DNA of 27,758 bases from Candidatus Micrarchaeota archaeon (GTDB lineage Archaea > Micrarchaeota > Micrarchaeia > Micrarchaeales > Micrarchaeaceae), in assembly GCA_021793035.1 (NCBI GenBank), contig JAJYTM010000001.1:1-27758 (forward strand). Reading direction: 5' to 3'. Shown piece by piece: positions 24,733-27,758 of the stretch. A program made the position numbers and the translations under genes. Numbering within the stretch: the stretch's first letter is position 1; each line of letters opens with the position of its first letter. A model generated the notes under the pieces. That model had not been told where the DNA came from, did not search any database, and saw only the letters and a program-made list of their open reading frames with translations.

Positions 24733-25032
24733 ATGAATAGAGCAGAAAAAGTCATTCTTGTAAAGTTCATTGCAGGAGCGGCGATTATCGGGGTTCTTTC
24801 GATTTTTGTGCATAGCTTAATATGGCTTATGCCTATTTACCTGGTTGGATGGTTTTCTTGGTTAATGCTGAAGGCAGTAGCGGCATTTGTCAGCTTCTTT
24901 TTTGAGAAAATTGGACTCGGAGATAGTACTATCCTCAGGACAATCGCAGTAGTGATTATTTGGGGAATCATTGAATTAATAGTGGTGATCGCCTTGGCCT
25001 TGACCCTGCCAGCGTTGCTCATGCCACATTAG
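24733..25032 (+). CDS. Small hypothetical membrane protein (about 3 TM)
   Basis: 99 aa, strongly hydrophobic; ATT/TTT-rich codons unlike flanking core genes. Confidence 0.65.
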   Translation: MNRAEKVILVKFIAGAAIIGVLSIFVHSLIWLMPIYLVGWFSWLMLKAVAAFVSFFFEKIGLGDSTILRTIAVVIIWGIIELIVVIALALTLPALLMPH

Positions 25033-25112
25033 GTGCGGCGCGTGTTGCAGCAGACCAGAAAAGAATTTAAATATGTGCTTCAATATGGCTTATATCAGGA
25101 AGGTGGAATTAG

Positions 25113-25352
25113 ATGGCATCTTTGGGGGTTTGGGTCGGGATAATATACGAGATTTTCATAGTGGCACTGATGATAGGCGCTGGGATATTCATGCTCACCT
25201 TTGGCGGAACATGGAGCTGGATGGGTGCCGGTATTCTGGCGCTCGGCATCATAGTCGGCTATTTCACATACCGAAGCTACCACAAAGCCTTCGCACAGGG
25301 CCGCGAAGTGAAAGCCAAGCTCGGCAATATCAAAAAACCGTGGGAGCAGTGA
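25113..25352 (+). CDS. Small hypothetical membrane protein (2 TM plus basic tail)
   Basis: 79 aa with two hydrophobic helices followed by YRSYHKAFAQGREVKAKLG; preceded by GGAAGGTGGA. Confidence 0.65.
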   Translation: MASLGVWVGIIYEIFIVALMIGAGIFMLTFGGTWSWMGAGILALGIIVGYFTYRSYHKAFAQGREVKAKLGNIKKPWEQ

Positions 25353-25517
25353 TCGGCACTCCGATACGCTTCGGCTTTGGTGCTTTGAACTCGGGCACCA
25401 TCTTAGGTCAATTGTTGAAACGAACCTTGAAACTGTGAGGCACCCCGCAGAATTTATTCATAGTAAGGTGTTAGTAATATATTGTGGGGTGTTCAGTAGC
25501 ATCACCTGGTAGATGAC

Positions 25518-26282
25518 ATGAGGATAAAATTCGTTTGCGACAGGTACTGCGGCGTCGACCAAAGCAGAGTACACAGGTTGGCGAGCGATGCCGGCATAAA
25601 GCCTTCGGATTCCGACTATGATGCAGTGGTGATAGTCGGAGGCGACGGCAGCTTCCTCAACCACGCTTTGGATTACGGGGAGCCTGTGCTGCCCATAGAG
25701 GGGGTGCACAAAGGGCTCCTCAAGAGCGTCGGCATTCTCACAGAACACAAGTTCTCGGATCTTCCTATGCTGCTGCGCAAACTATCAAAAGGGCAATTCA
25801 AGGTCGTGTCAGAGCCGGTGCTGGAGCTCAGGCATTCCGGCAATGTATACAGATCTATCGGAGACTTCTACGTTGAAAGAATAGGCACCAAAGAAGCAGT
25901 CAGGTATGAGGCAGTCATAACCGACGGCACAAACAAGACCGTCAGTTATGCGATATCAAACGGCTTCATAATCACCACGCCCTTGGGCTCTACAGGCTAT
26001 TTCTCATACCCAGACATGCTTGAGCACCGCCGTCCAAAGCGCATAGAAGGCCTCGGTTTCGCTCACATACTGCCTTCTACTGTAAAGGATACGGTAAATG
26101 GCAGGGTTGTTACATACGGGGTACGCAGGACCTTTTCAATAAATGCAAAGATCGATGTACTCCTGGAACGGAATGTTGCTTATCTGTTCGGCATACCAAA
26201 AAGGAATTCAGGAATAAAGCTGACCAACGGCCACATAAGCGCAAAGGCAATCAAAGGAGGCATGAAGAAGATAATAATCTGA
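25518..26282 (+). CDS. Divergent NAD(+) kinase-like protein
   Basis: VVIVGGDGSFL (GGDG motif), PVLPI, NGFIITTPLGSTGY (TPxGSTxY motif). The canonical NE/D motif and the GGP segment are not recognisable. Confidence 0.75.
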   Translation: MRIKFVCDRYCGVDQSRVHRLASDAGIKPSDSDYDAVVIVGGDGSFLNHALDYGEPVLPIEGVHKGLLKSVGILTEHKFSDLPMLLRKLSKGQFKVVSEPVLELRHSGNVYRSIGDFYVERIGTKEAVRYEAVITDGTNKTVSYAISNGFIITTPLGSTGYFSYPDMLEHRRPKRIEGLGFAHILPSTVKDTVNGRVVTYGVRRTFSINAKIDVLLERNVAYLFGIPKRNSGIKLTNGHISAKAIKGGMKKIII

Positions 26283-26373
26283 TGAATGTCAAGCGCTTGC
26301 AAACACATGAATAAATAAATTGCATGCTGTGTGTGATTGAGCAGAAATACGAATATTTGGCGAAAGGTAAAGC

Positions 26374-27315
26374 ATGATAAACCTTTATAATCCGCAGAAC
26401 GTTGGGCTGATAAGCGCCCTTGTCATATCGTACTTATTAGGGCTAGTTCATGGCATCACCCCGGACGAGCACACGTGGCCCATAACCTTCTCATACGCCA
26501 TAGGCAGCTATAGCGTTAAAGGCGGCGCGAAGGCGGGCCTGGTGTTCTCAAGCGGTTTCACGATTCAGCGCGCAATAATGTCAGAGATAGCCTATCTAGC
26601 GCTGGCTGGCATATTTATGACCAGCGTTGCGTTCGGCATTACGTACATAGCTGTAGGGGCGGCGATGTTCGGTGCAGGCGTATACATAAAGAACAAAAAG
26701 ATATACCCGCATTGGCACTGGCTAGAAGAGAGAATGTCATACGTAACAGGCATACACAAGCCCGGCGACAAGATACAGAAGAAGGAGATGGAGCACAAGC
26801 TCAATCCAGTGATGGAAGAGGGAAAGAGCCTCAAGCCTGTGCCATCAAAGCTCGCGTTCGCGCACGGCCTAATAGCGGGCTTCGGCTTCGGTGCATTCGC
26901 GCTCATACTGTATACAGTAATAGCACCGGTAATGCCGAACGTATGGTTCGGCTGGATTCCCGGATTCCTATTCGGGATTGGCACCATGACCATGCAGGTA
27001 ATCTTCGGAAGCATTTTCGGAGCCTGGCTCACAAAAGTTAAGAAGCTCACCATAAAAGGCATGCAATACCTAGCGAGGTACATAAGCTCAAATGTGCTGT
27101 ACTATGGCGGATTAGCATTTGCTGTTGCAGGCGCATTAATACTTAAGTTCCCGCAGATACTGTCATATGGGGTAATAACGCCGATAAAAGTGCATAACCT
27201 TCACGACCTCGGCGTGGGCTTCTTCATAGTAATATTCGTTGTAGTGATTATAGGCATAGTGTCATATATAGAGGGAATGAAAAAGGTAGAAAAGTTGGGA
27301 TATACAAAATCATAG
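26374..27315 (+). CDS. Multi-pass membrane protein, UreH/NicO/DsbD_2-like (possible metal permease)
   Basis: GLVHGITPDEH in the first TM block, His-containing central loop (HWHW, HKPG, EHK), AHGLIAGFGFG, about 7-8 hydrophobic segments. Confidence 0.6.
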   Translation: MINLYNPQNVGLISALVISYLLGLVHGITPDEHTWPITFSYAIGSYSVKGGAKAGLVFSSGFTIQRAIMSEIAYLALAGIFMTSVAFGITYIAVGAAMFGAGVYIKNKKIYPHWHWLEERMSYVTGIHKPGDKIQKKEMEHKLNPVMEEGKSLKPVPSKLAFAHGLIAGFGFGAFALILYTVIAPVMPNVWFGWIPGFLFGIGTMTMQVIFGSIFGAWLTKVKKLTIKGMQYLARYISSNVLYYGGLAFAVAGALILKFPQILSYGVITPIKVHNLHDLGVGFFIVIFVVVIIGIVSYIEGMKKVEKLGYTKS

Positions 27316-27331
27316 GATTTGTGTGATATGG

Positions 27332-27758
27332 ATGGAAGAGCATGATTTCAATTTTGAAGCGATGGGCAGCATGCGCAATGCTTCATTCAACGAGGACGAG
27401 ATAATTGGATTCCTTGGGATAAAGGAGCACATGAGCGTACTTGACCTGGGGGCTGGAGACGGCTTTTTCGCCAAGATGTTCGTGAACAGGGGCGCAGAAG
27501 TCACCGCGGTGGACAGAAACAGCAAGTATTTTGAGGATATGAACAAGCTTGGGATAGCCACAAAAGACGGCGACATATGCGCGTTCAATGAAGGTAAATA
27601 TGATCTGGTGTTCATTGCTAACGTCTTGCACGATCTGGACTGCCATGCAACTTTATCCAACAACTTATCAAAGATGGCGAAAAACGAATTGGCAATACTT
27701 GAGTTCAAGGAGGATACGCCTTTCGGTCCTCCGTCGGATATAAGGCTGAGTCCAAAAG
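27332..27758 (+). CDS. Class I SAM-dependent methyltransferase, 5' part (runs off the right edge)
   Basis: Manual translation: MEEHDFNFEAMGS...MSVLDLGAGDGFFA...VTAVD...YDLVFIANVLHDL...ILEFKEDTPFGPP. Absent from the ORF track because it has no stop in the window. Confidence 0.88.
   Translation, partial: MEEHDFNFEAMGSMRNASFNEDEIIGFLGIKEHMSVLDLGAGDGFFAKMFVNRGAEVTAVDRNSKYFEDMNKLGIATKDGDICAFNEGKYDLVFIANVLHDLDCHATLSNNLSKMAKNELAILEFKEDTPFGPPSDIRLSPK

Noticed and set aside
23700-25517. attL/attR pair or integrase marking an integrated element at tRNA-Ile
   Set aside because: No repeat of the tRNA 3' end and no recombinase motif found by eye in the window.
1-27758. CRISPR arrays, rRNA genes and IS elements
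   Set aside because: No regularly spaced repeats, rRNA-like stretches, transposase motifs or terminal inverted repeats were seen.

Overview
Archaeal chromosomal window, most consistent with an acidophilic DPANN archaeon such as Candidatus Micrarchaeota. The taxonomy is inferred from the archaeal r-protein order, AglB, a non-canonical tRNA intron, a P3A ATPase and rearranged operons; it was not confirmed by a search. Left to right: the 5' part of smc (not in the ORF track because it runs off the window), a site-2 protease, a metallophosphoesterase, rpoK, a geranylgeranyl reductase, an intron-containing tRNA-Leu(UAA), a PAC2 chaperone, a small basic two-repeat protein, a PrmC-like methyltransferase, an adenosine-specific kinase family protein, CTP synthase, an aldo/keto reductase, a P3A-type ATPase, a surface glycoprotein, a membrane protein, eL15, Pcc1, the uL3-uL4-uL23-uL2-uS19-uL22-uS3 block, AglB, tRNA-Ile(UAU), a three-gene islet, a divergent NAD kinase-like protein, a UreH/NicO-like permease and a partial methyltransferase. 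Main highlights: (1) a rare tRNA-Ile with anticodon UAU, together with near-exclusive ATA use for Ile in r-protein genes, suggesting an AUA decoding route that may bypass agmatidine/TiaS; (2) a D-loop BHB intron and a C55 T-loop in tRNA-Leu; (3) AglB with an extra ~230 aa membrane plus coiled-coil N-terminus; (4) uL22 with an exit-tunnel loop insertion and a long tail; (5) an uncharacterised 74 aa basic repeat protein that is a chromatin-protein candidate; (6) structured leaders and broken superoperons. No CRISPR array, transposase or integrase was seen. All assignments come from motif recognition by eye; no database was searched.
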